From an uncultured delta proteobacterium (lineage in GTDB: Bacteria > Myxococcota_A > Polyangia > Polyangiales > JAFGIB01), in NCBI GenBank assembly GCA_963778655.1, contig CAVZVA010000012.1, positions 1-64,000 on the forward strand: a DNA stretch of 64,000 nucleotides. The letters run 5' to 3'. Both the position numbers and the translations under genes were made by a program. The first letter of the stretch is position 1. The number at the start of each line of letters is the position of its first letter. Below the pieces are notes generated by a model, which was not told the origin of the DNA, did no database searches, and saw nothing but the letters and a program-made list of their open reading frames with translations. Shown piece by piece: positions 62,390 through 64,000 of the stretch.

Positions 62390-64000
62390 TCAGGGCGCCA
62401 GGTCCACCGTGGCCGGTGCCGCGCCGAGCGGCACGACGTAGCAGTCGCGTTCCTTGCTCAACGACCCGCTGGCTGCGTAGGTGCTGACCTGCAGGTCCAT
62501 CGGCAGGGTCTTGGCCGGCTGCTCGACGCGCAAGCGGGCGACGCTGGTGTTGGCGTCCGCGGGAGCCAAGCTCACCTGTACGGCATGGCTCTGCGTGTCG
62601 TAGGTGACGCTCTGGAATTGGCCCGCGTCGAGCGTCAGCCACAGGCCCACCGGCGCGAGATAGACGCGCTTGCGCATCGAGTCGAGCACGGTGACTTGCA
62701 CGCTGGTGCCCGAGACGCTCACGTTGCCACCGAATGCCTGCCAGCCGAAGTCCGGATCGTCGATCAGATAGGTTCCCGTGTTCTCGGCGTGGCCGAAGAA
62801 GCTCAGGCCGTAGTCTCCGCTGACCGGATCCCAGCGCAGCGTATCCGGGAAAGAGTGAAAGGCCATCGACGGGAAGCCGTCCTGATCAATGTTGGTCAGC
62901 GAGCCCATCATCCCTGCGTAACCGATCCGCAGCAGGTAGGTATCGTCGGGATGGTCTCGGAAGTCGCTCAGGAGCACGGTGGCGTTGAGGCTCGAGCCGT
63001 AGTGATGGATCATGCGCTCGAGCCGATCGATCTTGGCCCCACCGTAGATGAAGTCCCAATACCTGCGCGCGCACCCGTTGTAGGCCCAGTGCGGCACCGC
63101 GGGCACGTACGCGGTGACCGCGTCGACGCAGACCTTGGCTTCGTCGGTGTCGCCGAAGTAGCGCGTCCAGTCGTAGACCTCTTCTTGACCGGTGGAATCC
63201 CAGGGCATCTCGCTGCCGAAGGGGTAGCTCTGCGTCTTCCAGACGTTCTCGCGCGCGTGCATGCGGCTCTCGAGATCGTTCGCTTGCTGGGTCAGGCCTT
63301 CGCGCTTCAAGTCGTTCAGGATCTCGAGAAACACCGTGCCGTCCATCAGGCCGTACTTGGCGTAGTCGGTGCCGATCGTGGTCATCGCGACGATCGTCTG
63401 GTACGCCTGGTTCAGATACCAATCCCAGGGGTGGTTCGTCACCAGGCCCGTGTAGTTGCGCGCCAGCCGGTACATGACCCAGTAGAGCGCGGCCACGTGC
63501 GGGTAGTTGTAGGAGCGCAAGGTCTGCAGCGAGTACGCGCGGCTCCAGGCGCCCCAGTACGTCTGCCCCGTGGTCGAGTCGATCCACGGGATGTTGCTGT
63601 CGTAGTACCCCGGCATCTGGGTCGGCTCGTAGTAGAACAGCGAGCGCTTGACGCCGTATTGCTGCGTCCCGTCCTTGTACTGGAGCCCGCCCCAGATCAC
63701 GTTGTCGATGAAGGTCTGATATTGGGCGACCTGAGCCGCGTCGGGCTGCCCGAGCAGCTTCATCGCGCCCGCGAGCCATGTGGCGCCGCCGTCGTCCCCC
63801 AACCCGGCGACCCAGACGCGTCGGTCCTGCGTCACGCTCTTGCCGGCCTCGTGATCATAAGTCATCACCGAGGGGCTGCGTCCGAAGGGATCGCTCGCAT
63901 CGACGTACCAGGCCTTGGTGGTCAGAAAGCTGCCGAGGTCGGAGACGACCTGGCTTGCCGGCTTGGTGACGTAGTAGTGAATGGTCTGCACGGTCCCGTT
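62390..64000 (-). CDS. Glycoside-hydrolase-like protein (DUF5695-like), start outside window
   Basis: RSYNYPHV, FGSEMPWDSTGQE, RRYWDF, HHYGSSLN, SGDYG. Confidence 0.65.
   Translation of the reverse strand, partial: NGTVQTIHYYVTKPASQVVSDLGSFLTTKAWYVDASDPFGRSPSVMTYDHEAGKSVTQDRRVWVAGLGDDGGATWLAGAMKLLGQPDAAQVAQYQTFIDNVIWGGLQYKDGTQQYGVKRSLFYYEPTQMPGYYDSNIPWIDSTTGQTYWGAWSRAYSLQTLRSYNYPHVAALYWVMYRLARNYTGLVTNHPWDWYLNQAYQTIVAMTTIGTDYAKYGLMDGTVFLEILNDLKREGLTQQANDLESRMHARENVWKTQSYPFGSEMPWDSTGQEEVYDWTRYFGDTDEAKVCVDAVTAYVPAVPHWAYNGCARRYWDFIYGGAKIDRLERMIHHYGSSLNATVLLSDFRDHPDDTYLLRIGYAGMMGSLTNIDQDGFPSMAFHSFPDTLRWDPVSGDYGLSFFGHAENTGTYLIDDPDFGWQAFGGNVSVSGTSVQVTVLDSMRKRVYLAPVGLWLTLDAGQFQSVTYDTQSHAVQVSLAPADANTSVARLRVEQPAKTLPMDLQVSTYAASGSLSKERDCYVVPLGAAPATVDLAP

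Overview
Mosaic window. Bases 1-~1950 are an AT-rich, Bacteroidota-like stretch (pdxA and a leucyl aminopeptidase, both broken by frameshifts). It joins abruptly to very GC-rich, Myxococcota-like DNA, probably through an assembly chimera. The GC-rich part has four zones. (i) 2.5-11 kb: surface-protein genes, including two nearly identical sigma54-preceded DUF2330/MYXO-CTERM genes that differ mainly in one ~100-bp block. (ii) 12-23.6 kb: glycosyltransferases, a PlsA/PlsR(Ger)-like activase/reductase pair, a PIN toxin-antitoxin pair, TetR and a serine hydrolase. (iii) 23.6-35 kb: a mobile-element graveyard with an IS91/ISCR-like element and a duplicated 92-bp oriIS-like end, two broken IS21 elements, hsdR and nuclease fragments, and a G1 glutamic peptidase behind a structured leader. 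(iv) 33-54 kb, the most striking feature: two intact, near-identical Y1-HUH (RAYT/TnpA-like) genes and about 20 copies of a short end motif (GGAGACCCTGTCCCAGGTTGA / GGGTACCTGCCCCAGGTTGA). Fifteen copies are co-oriented. They occur as full elements, one-end-fixed truncated copies, tandem end multimers and minimal hairpin doublets, and often lie just downstream of unrelated small cargo genes, giving a cassette-array-like layout. A class II lanthipeptide locus (lanA-lanM plus a decayed second precursor) and ordinary genes close the window. All family calls come from motif recognition by eye, not database searches.
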